From the IMG/VR virus record IMGVR_UViG_3300035498_000877, positions 96,001 to 160,000 of that record: a DNA stretch of 64,000 bases; one strand, written 5' to 3'. The translations under genes and the position numbers were made by a program. The notes below the pieces were generated by a model. That model saw only the letters and a program-made list of their open reading frames with translations, searched no databases and had not been told where the DNA came from. Each line of letters opens with the position of its first letter. The stretch's first letter is position 1. Origin of the DNA: a virus. Taxonomy: Duplodnaviria > Caudoviricetes. Below are positions 38,845-49,273 of the stretch, piece by piece.

Positions 38845-39529
38845 AATGTTTATTATTATATTTATTATTATACTTATTATTGTTATTATTCTTATTTTCT
38901 GCCTTTGTTTCTGATGTTGCATCTTTTGATTCAGCTTCATTAGATTCATTCTCAGTAGTATTTTCGTCAACAGTCGTAGATGTATTAGCGATTGTACTTA
39001 ATGCACTTAATGCTTTATCAACAGCCGCATCTGTTGGAGTTGTATCTGTTTTCTCTTCAACCTTTTCTGGCTGTTGTACTGGAGATACTCCACTCTTATC
39101 AATTGCAATACCGGTAGAATTATTAACTATTGAATTTAATCCAGTACTTTTGGTTTCTGCAGCAATATCTATTACATTTGCAATAGTTGTTTTAGCACTT
39201 TGAGATCCATCTCCAATAGCTGCAACATGTACAGTTGACTCATTTGTTTCAACAGGTGTATTATCAGTAGATACAGGAGTACTTGGAGCAATTACTTCCT
39301 TCTTCTCTGATGGTCTGTAATTCTCATATTTCTTGTATATTGTTGTAAGATTAGTTCTGGTAAGTGGTTTTAACTCACCTGTCTCTGGATTAACATAGTT
39401 AACAGTAAGGCCATTTGTCTGAATGATAGTTGCAATAAGTGTAAGATCAGCATAAAATGGCTCTTTCCTTGGAGCAAGACCATAACCGCGTGGAATCATT
39501 CCTTTACCTAAAACTTGAATTTTTAACAT
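38843..39529 (-). CDS. Hypothetical protein with small N-terminal domain and low-complexity tail
   Basis: ATG 39529 after AAGGAG; T/E/S-rich tail ending KNNNNNKYNNKYNNKH. Confidence 0.7.
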   Translation of the reverse strand: MLKIQVLGKGMIPRGYGLAPRKEPFYADLTLIATIIQTNGLTVNYVNPETGELKPLTRTNLTTIYKKYENYRPSEKKEVIAPSTPVSTDNTPVETNESTVHVAAIGDGSQSAKTTIANVIDIAAETKSTGLNSIVNNSTGIAIDKSGVSPVQQPEKVEEKTDTTPTDAAVDKALSALSTIANTSTTVDENTTENESNEAESKDATSETKAENKNNNNNKYNNKYNNKH

Positions 39530-39560
39530 TGTAATTTCTCCTTTACATAAATAATATTTT

Positions 39561-40286
39561 TTATTCAAATAGTTCAGCTGATGTTTTTGGTAATATATAT
39601 GTGTCACTAACAAGATCACTTTTAATTCCCATCGAAAGTAAATATGTATTTACAGTATTCAATGTTACTTTATTAGTAGGACTATTTTCCAATTCATCCA
39701 ACTGAACATATCCTTTGGTTGCTATAGACTGATTCATTTCACGTTTCATTATAGTATCATCTGATCTAGGACCATGGAATTCTTGTAGAATTTTATCAGC
39801 TCCCAGTGATACTAATAATGATGCTTCGATATCTGAATCTCTAGCATTCTTATCTTTATCTACAACCTGATTAGTCATTGCAGAACGTTTCTCATTTGAT
39901 ACTGAGATACCATTCTTCTTATGTAATAATTGCTGAGTACGTTTTACATTAATATACCCAACAAGACATTTCTCTTTAGAACATACAACATGTTTCTTAT
40001 CCATTGTAAGATGGGGCATATATACATATTCCATTAATGGAATATTTAATACCTTAGCTGCTTTCTCAATATTATTCATATCAAGTCCATGTTCATATTC
40101 TACAATATCAAGTACAAAATTTTCATTATCATCATTTAAGAAATCTTTCATATATTTAGCAAACTCATTATCATTCATTGATCCAAATAATTCTTTGTAT
40201 TTATCTGTATTAGCACCTGATGGATCCAATGCATCAAATGTATCATATATAATCTTTTCTATTTTAGCTCGATTTTCTACAATCAT
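39561..40286 (-). CDS. Short RNA polymerase beta C-terminal subunit; probably virion RNAP
   Basis: VGYINVKRTQQ, RSAMTNQV, SDIEASLL, EFHGPRSDD and YLLSMGI match beta C-terminal motifs. Confidence 0.8.
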   Translation of the reverse strand: MIVENRAKIEKIIYDTFDALDPSGANTDKYKELFGSMNDNEFAKYMKDFLNDDNENFVLDIVEYEHGLDMNNIEKAAKVLNIPLMEYVYMPHLTMDKKHVVCSKEKCLVGYINVKRTQQLLHKKNGISVSNEKRSAMTNQVVDKDKNARDSDIEASLLVSLGADKILQEFHGPRSDDTIMKREMNQSIATKGYVQLDELENSPTNKVTLNTVNTYLLSMGIKSDLVSDTYILPKTSAELFE

Positions 40287-40750
40287 TACGATTCTCCTTT
40301 CACAGAATTTATATTATAAATCATCTGATTTAAATCATTCAATGTTATTCCTATAAGATATTTATCAGAATTATTATAAGAATTATTGAGATAACCAGAA
40401 GGATATGATTCAGTTCCTTCTATATGAATTAATAAAGATGGTTTATTTCTATACATTTGTTTTTTAACTGCTACAGATCCTGAATTAAAATAAACTCCAA
40501 GTGCTTCACATTGTTCACATATCTTAGTAACTAATGTATCCTCATCAAGTTCATCAAAAAAAGAATACAATATTGATTCTATATCTAATCCTATTTGTGG
40601 AATTGAAGGATATTGCCCAGGCTTACTAAAGAGAACATACAAAATAGTATTCTTTACTACTTCTATTTCACTGCGTAATTTAGGCTGCCCAAATTCATTT
40701 AATTCAAAAGTAGTATCATATCCAATTCGTTCGGATTCCAAATCTATCAT
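40286..40750 (-). CDS. gp25/GPW-like baseplate protein
   Basis: ILYVLFSKPGQYPSIPQIGLDIESILY. Confidence 0.65.
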   Translation of the reverse strand: MIDLESERIGYDTTFELNEFGQPKLRSEIEVVKNTILYVLFSKPGQYPSIPQIGLDIESILYSFFDELDEDTLVTKICEQCEALGVYFNSGSVAVKKQMYRNKPSLLIHIEGTESYPSGYLNNSYNNSDKYLIGITLNDLNQMIYNINSVKGES

Positions 40751-40808
40751 AAATTATCACCTCTCTTAAAGATAATTAATTATAAGAATTGTGATTTAGG
40801 AGAAAAAA

Positions 40809-40833
40809 ATAAGGGAGATTTAATCTCCCTTAT
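40809..40833 (-). terminator. Intrinsic terminator
   Basis: ataagggagatt-t-aatctcccttat with T-run on the minus strand. Confidence 0.75.
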
Positions 40834-40836
40834 CCT

Positions 40837-41562
40837 TTATAATGCTACGCTTACTAAGTCATCTGCGATTTCAGCATCAGCAGTATCTACTAGATCTGCA
40901 TCTACATATGTGTCTTCATTAATTTCAATACTATCAACAATATCTAAATCATCATCTGATGACTGATGTTTCTTATTGTAGATGAAGTATCCAGCTGTTG
41001 CTGCAGCTGTAACAACGATTGCTACTGATCCAATTATGATGCATCTCTTCTTGAAGATGTTCTTATGAAGCTGAACACCAATTTCATTTAATTCACAAAT
41101 CAAGTTTGGTGTCATTACACAGTCATCAATAACTGATATAGCATTCCTGGTATCTGCCTTAGCTGCCTTTGTTTTCTTTGCATTAATATCGAATTCTGGA
41201 GACACCTTAGTATCGCCAAGCTTTCTAGCATATGTGCAAAGTATTGAAGATACACTGATAATGTCTGTCAATGTCTCAGCTGATACCGGCTTCTTATTGA
41301 ACTTAATTGTTCCATCTTCTTTTTCAGAAGCGCCTAACAATGCTAATACAACTGGTTTATTGAACTTACTAATCACGCATCTAAGACTCTGCAATGCTGA
41401 TGCTTTGATAGCTGTCATTTCTTCCTTTGTAGAATTCTCTGTGATTTTTGCCAGCTCAATGTCAACTAGATTCAAATCATTTTTAATGGCGTTCAATGTA
41501 GCTGTTAACTGATCCTCTTTGTTATCCTTTGCAAATAATCCTTTTAATAAATTTTTCTTCAT
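40837..41562 (-). CDS. Hypothetical protein with C-proximal TM helix
   Basis: CIIIGSVAIVVTAAATAGYFIY. Confidence 0.7.
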   Translation of the reverse strand: MKKNLLKGLFAKDNKEDQLTATLNAIKNDLNLVDIELAKITENSTKEEMTAIKASALQSLRCVISKFNKPVVLALLGASEKEDGTIKFNKKPVSAETLTDIISVSSILCTYARKLGDTKVSPEFDINAKKTKAAKADTRNAISVIDDCVMTPNLICELNEIGVQLHKNIFKKRCIIIGSVAIVVTAAATAGYFIYNKKHQSSDDDLDIVDSIEINEDTYVDADLVDTADAEIADDLVSVAL

Positions 41563-41622
41563 GATATTATCCTCCTTAAATAATTTTAAATTTTTATTTG
41601 TTTACCATATTCAGTTTTAATT

Positions 41623-42012
41623 TTATATATAAGCATTCAATAGATTGTTTATATATGATTGGAGATCATTATTATGAAACTCCTTGTACTTTTTATCACC
41701 TTTGGTTATAACACCAGAGAATGATGAGTTAGATACCTTGTAAGTTGTACTTATCAAGATATTCTCTTTTGTAAGATTATCATATGCATATATATTGACA
41801 ATTAATTTGCCAAGTCTTTTTTCTTTTGTAAAATATGATATTGCATAATCAAAGTCCTTAGTTTCACCCTTATCATTTGTGAATTTAAATTTAATGATAA
41901 GAGGTATTACCTTTTCATCTTTTATCGTATATAAAGATAAATCAGTAATTTTAAATTTATCACATCCTTTTACAGATGCGATTAAATTGTCTAATGAAAC
42001 TTTCACTGCCAC
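41623..42012 (-). CDS. Hypothetical protein
   Basis: GTG start after AGGAGGTG. Confidence 0.7.
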   Translation of the reverse strand: MAVKVSLDNLIASVKGCDKFKITDLSLYTIKDEKVIPLIIKFKFTNDKGETKDFDYAISYFTKEKRLGKLIVNIYAYDNLTKENILISTTYKVSNSSFSGVITKGDKKYKEFHNNDLQSYINNLLNAYI

Positions 42013-42095
42013 CGATATACACCTCCTTCTTCGGCATATTACTTTCTTTATCTACTATAATAATATATCATTATTAGAAGGAGATATGCGATTTA

Positions 42096-42791
42096 TCAAT
42101 ACTCTTCTCCAAACACAGATGCAATAGTTTTTAGTATCGATGTAATTATAGCTGATAAGTTTATATCATAAGCTCCTTTATTTTTAAAACATTCCCATGT
42201 ATGATAATAAAATCCATTAGTATAAAACAAATCTAATATCTTAGAATATAGCTCATATATTTTTCCATCATAATATTTTACATGCATTTCTTTCATAAAC
42301 ATTTCATCAATATCTTTTGTATTCTCATAGAACTTATTATTCATATTATACTCATATGCCAATGTATTCATATTAGATATTTCAATATCCTTAAGTCTAT
42401 CTTTGGAAGTAATTATAATTATCCCCATGATAAGATCATGTAATGAAGTATCATTTTGAAAGAATTCTAATAACGCAAAATATATTTTGAGTCCTTGGTT
42501 CATGTCATAAGGATTATAGATGTTATGTAATATCTGAAGTTGTTTAACTGCTATATTATAATCTTCAAATCTGTATAACTCATAACAACTATTAGATTTC
42601 TCTACCATATAAATTACATATTCATATAGATTATCATTACTATTAGTTCTTGGATTTATGCCTAATACATATTTAGGCATTTTATCAGTGTGAGTAGGTG
42701 CAAGGATTAGATCATTTTTTAACCACGGGAGATCGATTAAAATTGTTCTAAAAGGTTCTTTAATGTTATAATCTGTAGATGCAGGTATCAT
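42096..42791 (-). CDS. Hypothetical protein
   Basis: 231-aa ORF, AGGAGG RBS. Confidence 0.7.
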   Translation of the reverse strand: MIPASTDYNIKEPFRTILIDLPWLKNDLILAPTHTDKMPKYVLGINPRTNSNDNLYEYVIYMVEKSNSCYELYRFEDYNIAVKQLQILHNIYNPYDMNQGLKIYFALLEFFQNDTSLHDLIMGIIIITSKDRLKDIEISNMNTLAYEYNMNNKFYENTKDIDEMFMKEMHVKYYDGKIYELYSKILDLFYTNGFYYHTWECFKNKGAYDINLSAIITSILKTIASVFGEEY

Positions 42792-42838
42792 AATTATACC
42801 CTCCTTTAAGTTTTTTATTTTTTGTTACCTATCTTAAT

Positions 42839-42873
42839 AATATATAATTTATTTCATTAGATAATTATATATT
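42839..42873. promoter_or_regulatory. Divergent pair of TATATATT candidate promoters
   Basis: Minus copy 42839-42846 and plus copy 42866-42873 between divergent genes. Confidence 0.5.
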
Positions 42874-42919
42874 ATAATAATGAAGCTTTAAAAATAAATA
42901 GGAAGGAAATATATTAGTT

Positions 42920-45274
42920 ATGAATGAAAAATTTGTGGAAAAATTTATTGATAGAAATATTGGTGAGTTAGCATTGGAGCAAGATTGTGTACATGGATAC
43001 AATGTAAATGCAGCTCGAATCACGCCCAACATTATCGATGGATTGAAACCAGTTCAAAGAAGAGCTATCTATATTATGTCTCTAAAAGACAAAGGAAAAT
43101 CATTTAGAAAACTTGCAAGTATTAGTGGTGATACATTTGGTAAGATTCATCCTCATGCTCCAACTTCTATAGATGATGCAGTTGTAAACATGGAGCAAGA
43201 GTGGAAAAATTCAATACCCCTAATAGATGGAGAAGGAAATTTCGGAGATATTAGTGGATCAGTAGCAGGTGCCAGCAGATATATAAAAGCTAGATTATCT
43301 GATTACTGTAGAGAGTGTTTCTTTTCTGATTGGGATAATGCAGCTGTTGATATGAAGCTAGGTGCTGATGAAGAAACAATGGAACCATTGTACCTGCCAG
43401 CAAAATATCCAAATATATTAGTAAATGGATGTCTTGGTATTGGATATGGAATGGCAGCAAATTTCCCATGTTTCAATTTTAAAGAAGTAATAGATGCATG
43501 TATACTATTACTGATAAATCCAAAAGCTAATGTTGTATTAATTCCAGATTCACCTACTGGATGTGATATTATTGAAACTAACTTTGCATCTATATGTGAA
43601 AGAGGGAATGGATCTTATACCATGAGATGTACATATGAGATTAATGATAAAAATAATATGATTAAAATTACATCATTGCCTTATATGGTATTCTCAAATG
43701 ATATAAGAAGAAAGATTGCTGAAGTTAAAGAAAAAGGTGGATTACAAGAGTTAATTAAAATGGATGATCTTTCAGGAAAGAAAACTGAAATTAATCTGTA
43801 CTTGAAGAATGATGTAAATCCATATAAGTTTATCAAGAAATTAATTAAGAATGTTTCCGGATTCGAAAATGGATATCCGGTAAATATTACTGTAGTTAAT
43901 AATCTTAGAAACTATGATTACTCAATTAAAGATGTATTACTTCAATGGATTGAATGGAGACGTGAACAAAAAAGAATTATATTCATTCATAAGAAATCAT
44001 CATTAATTGCAGAACAAAGAGCAAATGATGTAAAGTTATTTATTATGAATAAAAAGAATCTTCAGACTACTATTGAGATATTTAGATCTAGTAGAAATAG
44101 AGCTGAAATTGAATCTAGATTGATAGCTAAATATAAGGATTCTGAAATTCACATGGATTCACTACAAGCAAGAGCATTGTCAAATATGAGAATGATTGAA
44201 TTATCAATAGAGTCATATGAGGCATGCGTCAAACGTAGGGATGAAATTATTGAAGAACTAGATAAGCTTGAAAAGATATTAGCAACACCTAATGGCATTG
44301 ATAAAGAAATCATTGCTGAACTAAGAGATGGTGCCAAAAGATTTGGAGTTCCTAGAAGAAGTAATGTAATTCCTTATGAGATTAATACATCAAATGAAAT
44401 ATCTCAGACATGTATATTGCAGTTATCATCTGAAGGTAATATCTTTAGACGAGTAGCTACTAATGTTGATGAGGAACCAATACCTACTGACTCAAATGGA
44501 TTTGCAGCTAAGGTAGAAGATGATTCTTCATTTGTGCTAATAGATGAAAATGGATATCATGCATTTATCAAAGTTAAAGATATTCCATTAGATAGTGAAG
44601 TACCAGTTAATAGATATGCAAAACATAATACAACTGGTAATATAGTTGCACTATTGCCTATTAACTATGATGCAGATATCTGTTGTGTATTAATTTCTAA
44701 GAAAGGACAAATTAAGAAACTAAGAGTTTCTGATTTAACGACTACAAAGAAACCTTATATGGCATTAGATGAAGATGATAAGATTGTGAGAGGTATTATA
44801 GTTGGAACTAAATCATATAATGATATTCTGGTATATACTAAGAATGGACAGGGGCAAAGATTAGATCCTAATGGATTGAGAATTACTTCTCCATTAGCTA
44901 AGGGAGGAAATGGATTCAAATTAAATGCAGATGATGAAATTATAGGGTGTTACAAAATAAATCCAAAGGAAAATGCTTATCTGTGCTATGTTACAATGAA
45001 AGGAAAGTTCAGATTAAATGCTATTCAATATCTTCCAGTAAGAGATAGTAAACATGATTCTATGGTAAAGTTAATATCACTTAATGATCGTGATAAACTG
45101 ATATCTATTATTGGATGTAATAAACTAGATAAAGTACAAGTTTATTATGATGATATGAGTAGTGAAATCATAGAACTTGATAAACTTGAAGAATCCACAA
45201 TGGGTTCTGAACCTAAGAAAGTAACAAAGAAGAATGCTGTATCAAATAATATAATTAAGGCAAAATTGGTATAA
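42920..45274 (+). CDS. gyrA: Type IIA topoisomerase subunit A (GyrA/ParC-like) with C-terminal pinwheel repeats
   Basis: DGLKPVQRR, HPH, LIDGEGNFG, ASRY (catalytic Tyr), PNILVNG..GIGYGMA, PDSPTG. Confidence 0.92.
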   Translation: MNEKFVEKFIDRNIGELALEQDCVHGYNVNAARITPNIIDGLKPVQRRAIYIMSLKDKGKSFRKLASISGDTFGKIHPHAPTSIDDAVVNMEQEWKNSIPLIDGEGNFGDISGSVAGASRYIKARLSDYCRECFFSDWDNAAVDMKLGADEETMEPLYLPAKYPNILVNGCLGIGYGMAANFPCFNFKEVIDACILLLINPKANVVLIPDSPTGCDIIETNFASICERGNGSYTMRCTYEINDKNNMIKITSLPYMVFSNDIRRKIAEVKEKGGLQELIKMDDLSGKKTEINLYLKNDVNPYKFIKKLIKNVSGFENGYPVNITVVNNLRNYDYSIKDVLLQWIEWRREQKRIIFIHKKSSLIAEQRANDVKLFIMNKKNLQTTIEIFRSSRNRAEIESRLIAKYKDSEIHMDSLQARALSNMRMIELSIESYEACVKRRDEIIEELDKLEKILATPNGIDKEIIAELRDGAKRFGVPRRSNVIPYEINTSNEISQTCILQLSSEGNIFRRVATNVDEEPIPTDSNGFAAKVEDDSSFVLIDENGYHAFIKVKDIPLDSEVPVNRYAKHNTTGNIVALLPINYDADICCVLISKKGQIKKLRVSDLTTTKKPYMALDEDDKIVRGIIVGTKSYNDILVYTKNGQGQRLDPNGLRITSPLAKGGNGFKLNADDEIIGCYKINPKENAYLCYVTMKGKFRLNAIQYLPVRDSKHDSMVKLISLNDRDKLISIIGCNKLDKVQVYYDDMSSEIIELDKLEESTMGSEPKKVTKKNAVSNNIIKAKLV

Positions 45275-45279
45275 CACAA

Positions 45280-45309
45280 AATGGAGATAGGCATCAACCT
45301 ATCTCCATT
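45280..45309 (+). terminator. Hairpin/terminator after topoisomerase gene
   Basis: aatggagatagg-catcaa-cctatctccatt. Confidence 0.65.
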
Positions 45310-45342
45310 ATATATCATTTAATAGAGGGAGGAAAAATTTTA

Positions 45343-45528
45343 ATGAAAGAATTATTCATATCGACAATACAAATATTACTATCAGTGGGGATTACAGCAT
45401 TCATACTATTATTCTGTGTTGTAATATCATGTTTTGTATTCAATAAATTTGTTGATGAAATTAGTGAATCCAATAAGGATAAAGAAAATAAAGGAGGCTA
45501 TGATAATGACGTTCGAGAAGATTTATGA
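45343..45528 (+). CDS. Small membrane protein
   Basis: GGAGG RBS; one long hydrophobic helix. Confidence 0.6.
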   Translation: MKELFISTIQILLSVGITAFILLFCVVISCFVFNKFVDEISESNKDKENKGGYDNDVREDL

Positions 45529-47623
45529 TGATCTTGTAAATAGAAATATAAGTCCACAAGATGCTCGTGATCTATTATCAACAAAAGAGAAGAGTAAACA
45601 GATTAATTCATTTCTTCATAGAGATTCTTATACTCAGGAACCTTTAAATACTAATGAATTGCAAGATCTAAATGCATTAGTAAATATCTTACAAACTATA
45701 TTCAATTCATCAGTACCTTCACCAGTTGCAGATACTGATTATGATATATTGGAAGAAATGTTAGTAAATATGGGTATACCAAGATTAACTGGATCTGTAG
45801 AATTAAATGATTCTAAGAAGATATCTCATAAGTTTACAAATCTTAGAGGTACTCTTGATAAAGTTTATTATTTGACAAATGATGAGCCTAGAACTAATAA
45901 GTCTCGAAAGACATTAGATGAATGGATTAAATCTACTGAGAGACTTTATTATGAGAAAACAGGAAGGAATATAAATCTTAATGAAACAAATGTTATTTTA
46001 CAGCCTAAGTTTGATGGTGTCTCTGCTATTGATGAAATTACTGACAATAATATGATATGGATCACTAGAGGTGATACTAGAAATAATAAAGCATCGGATG
46101 TATCGCATATACTAGGAAAGTTCAATGATCAATATAAAGACTATAATAACTGTGGTATCAAGTTTGAAGTAATGTGTTCTGAAGAGAATAAAGACAAAAT
46201 AAATTCTTTGATGAAAGTTAAATATTCAAACTCTAGACAGGTGGTAATATCTACTTTGAATTCAAATGAAGTTGATTTCAAAGTTGAATATCTAACTCCA
46301 ATTCCATTGAGAGAAATGTATGTTGGAGATATAGTTGAATCAGTATCACCATGGTTATTAGGATTACCAGAATGCAGATGCAAATTGAAAGATAGAGATC
46401 AGATCAGAAGATTTGCGTTCAGTCATCGATATGTAATAATAGATGGACAACGTTTCAGAACTGATGGATGTGTCATAACAATTGCAGATAAATCTATTGC
46501 TGAAGTATTAGGAAGAGATAATAATATCAATAACTTCGAAGTAGCATTTAAGTTCACGGAAGAAGCTGCATATACAAAGGTAAAAGATGTTGAATTCTAT
46601 GTATCTAACTTCTCTTATATAACACCAGTATTGGTAGTGAATGATGTTATCATGAAAGGAAATAATGTCAATAGAATTTCATTATCAAATAAGGAAAGGT
46701 TTGATGAGCTTGATCTTCACTATGGAGATATGGTAAAAGTATTATATGATATAATACCATATGCTGTAATTGATAATAACTGCAAGAGAGTTCCCAATGG
46801 TAGAAAGATTGAATTCATTGATCATTGTCCAATGTGTAGAGCTAAGTTGGATTTAAATCAAACTATTGTCAGATGTACAAATCCTGAGTGTCCATCAAGA
46901 ATAATTGGTAGAGTATTGAATTATTGTGAGACGTTAAGAATTCATAATATAGGATATTCAACACTTGAAACATTACATTCATACGGATTATTAGATGAAG
47001 GAATCAAGTCATTATATCGATTAAAGAAACATACTTCTGAAATAGAAAACCTAGAAGGATTTGGAAAAGCTAAAACTAGAAAAATTATATCAGAGATTGA
47101 ATCAAAGAGAACATTAAAAGATTATGAATTCTTTGGTGCAATTGGTATTGATCAATTATCAACTAAAACATTCCAGCTAGTATTTAAATCTATCAAATTA
47201 GTTGATATGATGAATATGATTAAGAGTAAGAATTCTAAATTGATATTAGCTAATTTAAAAGCAATCAATGGATTAGGACCAATCAAAGCACAAAAGTTTG
47301 TTGATTTTGTGTGTTCTGAGAGAGGAAAATCTGAATTAGGAAAACTATTAAAAGAAGTTAAATTAATTGAGACTTATGGTAATGAACAGTATATTGGAAG
47401 AGTAACATTTACTGGATGTAGATCAGATGATGAAACTGCTGGATATTTAATTAGCATAGGCTATGATCCATATGGTTCATTTTCTTCAGCTACTAAATAT
47501 GTAGTAAGACCCAATGATTCATTTACTTCATCTACTGTGGAGAAAGCATTAAAGAATAACATACCAATTATTAGCATCAATGAAAATAATATCATAGATC
47601 TACTAAGGTCTAATATTAAATAG
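45506..47623 (+). CDS. ligA: NAD-dependent DNA ligase
   Basis: KFDG adenylation motif, TRGD, DGCVI, AFKF, Zn finger CPMC...C...C, HhH repeats, BRCT (VTFTG); ATG 45506 after AAGGAGG. Confidence 0.93.
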   Translation: MTFEKIYDDLVNRNISPQDARDLLSTKEKSKQINSFLHRDSYTQEPLNTNELQDLNALVNILQTIFNSSVPSPVADTDYDILEEMLVNMGIPRLTGSVELNDSKKISHKFTNLRGTLDKVYYLTNDEPRTNKSRKTLDEWIKSTERLYYEKTGRNINLNETNVILQPKFDGVSAIDEITDNNMIWITRGDTRNNKASDVSHILGKFNDQYKDYNNCGIKFEVMCSEENKDKINSLMKVKYSNSRQVVISTLNSNEVDFKVEYLTPIPLREMYVGDIVESVSPWLLGLPECRCKLKDRDQIRRFAFSHRYVIIDGQRFRTDGCVITIADKSIAEVLGRDNNINNFEVAFKFTEEAAYTKVKDVEFYVSNFSYITPVLVVNDVIMKGNNVNRISLSNKERFDELDLHYGDMVKVLYDIIPYAVIDNNCKRVPNGRKIEFIDHCPMCRAKLDLNQTIVRCTNPECPSRIIGRVLNYCETLRIHNIGYSTLETLHSYGLLDEGIKSLYRLKKHTSEIENLEGFGKAKTRKIISEIESKRTLKDYEFFGAIGIDQLSTKTFQLVFKSIKLVDMMNMIKSKNSKLILANLKAINGLGPIKAQKFVDFVCSERGKSELGKLLKEVKLIETYGNEQYIGRVTFTGCRSDDETAGYLISIGYDPYGSFSSATKYVVRPNDSFTSSTVEKALKNNIPIISINENNIIDLLRSNIK

Positions 47624-47636
47624 CAGGAGGAAGTAT

Positions 47637-48170
47637 ATGGCAGGTTTGGTACATCCGAAAGATAGGATAAGATTATTAAATACAAAATATGCAACATGCG
47701 GAAGTCCTAGGGTTGGTAAATTCTTTGCTACTAATATACCCAATGATAGAGATTTAACATCAATAATTATTCAAGCAAATAATGGATGGACAGAATTAAT
47801 TGATTTTACTATGATAAAAGAATCAACTGAATTTACTCGAATAATAGCTGCAGATAAAGAGACATTGGTTTCCGATGATTATCCAATTCCAACATATAAT
47901 CTTAACAATAGTACGATTGGATTTCATGGAGAAGTATTATATGAGATAAATGTAAAGAAGGCATCTCAGATAACTAAAGATGATTTCCTGAGAGTATATA
48001 GAGGAAAAAGTAAAGAAGGTAAGATTGAATTTGCCCATCCAGATTTAATAGAACCTAGTGTAGAAACTTCACATGGATATATCATAAATACTAAATCTGG
48101 ATTTTTTAATCTAGATGGAATCATAGTGTGTACAAATGATTCAAAATATAATCATATATTATTAAATTGA
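47637..48170 (+). CDS. Hypothetical protein
   Basis: 177-aa ORF, AGGAGG RBS. Confidence 0.7.
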   Translation: MAGLVHPKDRIRLLNTKYATCGSPRVGKFFATNIPNDRDLTSIIIQANNGWTELIDFTMIKESTEFTRIIAADKETLVSDDYPIPTYNLNNSTIGFHGEVLYEINVKKASQITKDDFLRVYRGKSKEGKIEFAHPDLIEPSVETSHGYIINTKSGFFNLDGIIVCTNDSKYNHILLN

Positions 48171-48238
48171 TAATTTAAATTCATTATAGTCCTAAACAAT
48201 TTAAATTAACAGATAACAAAAGTAGGAGGAATACCATA

Positions 48239-49249
48239 ATGGCAAAAAAGGTTAAGATCAAAATTCCCAAATCAGTTTTAGAATTAAGACTGAGTCCTAA
48301 GAAGTATGCTAAGAAACATGATATTAGGTTATCGGGAAAACACATGTCGAAAAAAGATAGGAAGCAGGCACAGAAACATTTGGAGAAAGAGTATGCAGAG
48401 TTTGCATCTTCTGGATTGAATAAGGCAGTAAGAATTCTTGCTGAAAATAATGTCGAGTCCAAAAAGATTATGAAAGTATCTGATGGAGTTGAAAATATTA
48501 TTTACAATCCAGATATAATGAAAAGGATTGCAAAGATATACAAGAAGCATCCCGAAGAGTATCCTAATATGATTTATTTGCCAAATATAATCATGAATAC
48601 ATTAGTATACTTGAAGTCGGATAATGCTACTGAGGAAGATAAGAAGATTGCAGAGATAATTGATCCAGAACAGTTAGTTTCATTCTGTGAAAAGATTCTT
48701 AAGAAGCAAATTAAGAGATATAAGAATCTTGGTCTATCTGATGAGAAAGCTTTCCAGTTGGCAACAGCTGTACCAACTACAAAACAGTTCAAAGTTAACA
48801 GAGGTTGGTATAGAAAGTTAATTGTATCAATGTATGATATGGCAAGTAATGAGGAAGTGGAAGTTGAACAAACAATCAAGTCAGTATTAAAGGTTGATAA
48901 GAAAAAGTATATCAAGAAGTCTGATTTCAAAGAGGGATTCTATTCAACATTCATTCTTCAGAAGAGCAGCAACAATGTTAAGAACTTTACAGATACTCAG
49001 AAAGAACTTCATGAGGAATTAATCGAGAAGACACTTCACTATCTTGATGATATTCCTAAAAAGAAGTGCAGAGAAATCTTAAAGAACTATATTAAGATCA
49101 GAAAGAAAGCTGAATCATTAAAGCAGGATAAGAAGCGTGTAATCAAATTCATTGATCATGCTAATTCAAATAGCCCATATATAAATATAAAGACTGTAGT
49201 TCAGGATCTAGTTGCAGCTGATCCAAATAATGAATTATACTTATCATAA
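48239..49249 (+). CDS. Lys-rich hypothetical protein
   Basis: 336-aa basic ORF, AGGAGG RBS; starts MAKKVKI like the next gene. Confidence 0.72.
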   Translation: MAKKVKIKIPKSVLELRLSPKKYAKKHDIRLSGKHMSKKDRKQAQKHLEKEYAEFASSGLNKAVRILAENNVESKKIMKVSDGVENIIYNPDIMKRIAKIYKKHPEEYPNMIYLPNIIMNTLVYLKSDNATEEDKKIAEIIDPEQLVSFCEKILKKQIKRYKNLGLSDEKAFQLATAVPTTKQFKVNRGWYRKLIVSMYDMASNEEVEVEQTIKSVLKVDKKKYIKKSDFKEGFYSTFILQKSSNNVKNFTDTQKELHEELIEKTLHYLDDIPKKKCREILKNYIKIRKKAESLKQDKKRVIKFIDHANSNSPYINIKTVVQDLVAADPNNELYLS

Positions 49250-49273
49250 AAAGTAATTGGAGGAAATAATGTC

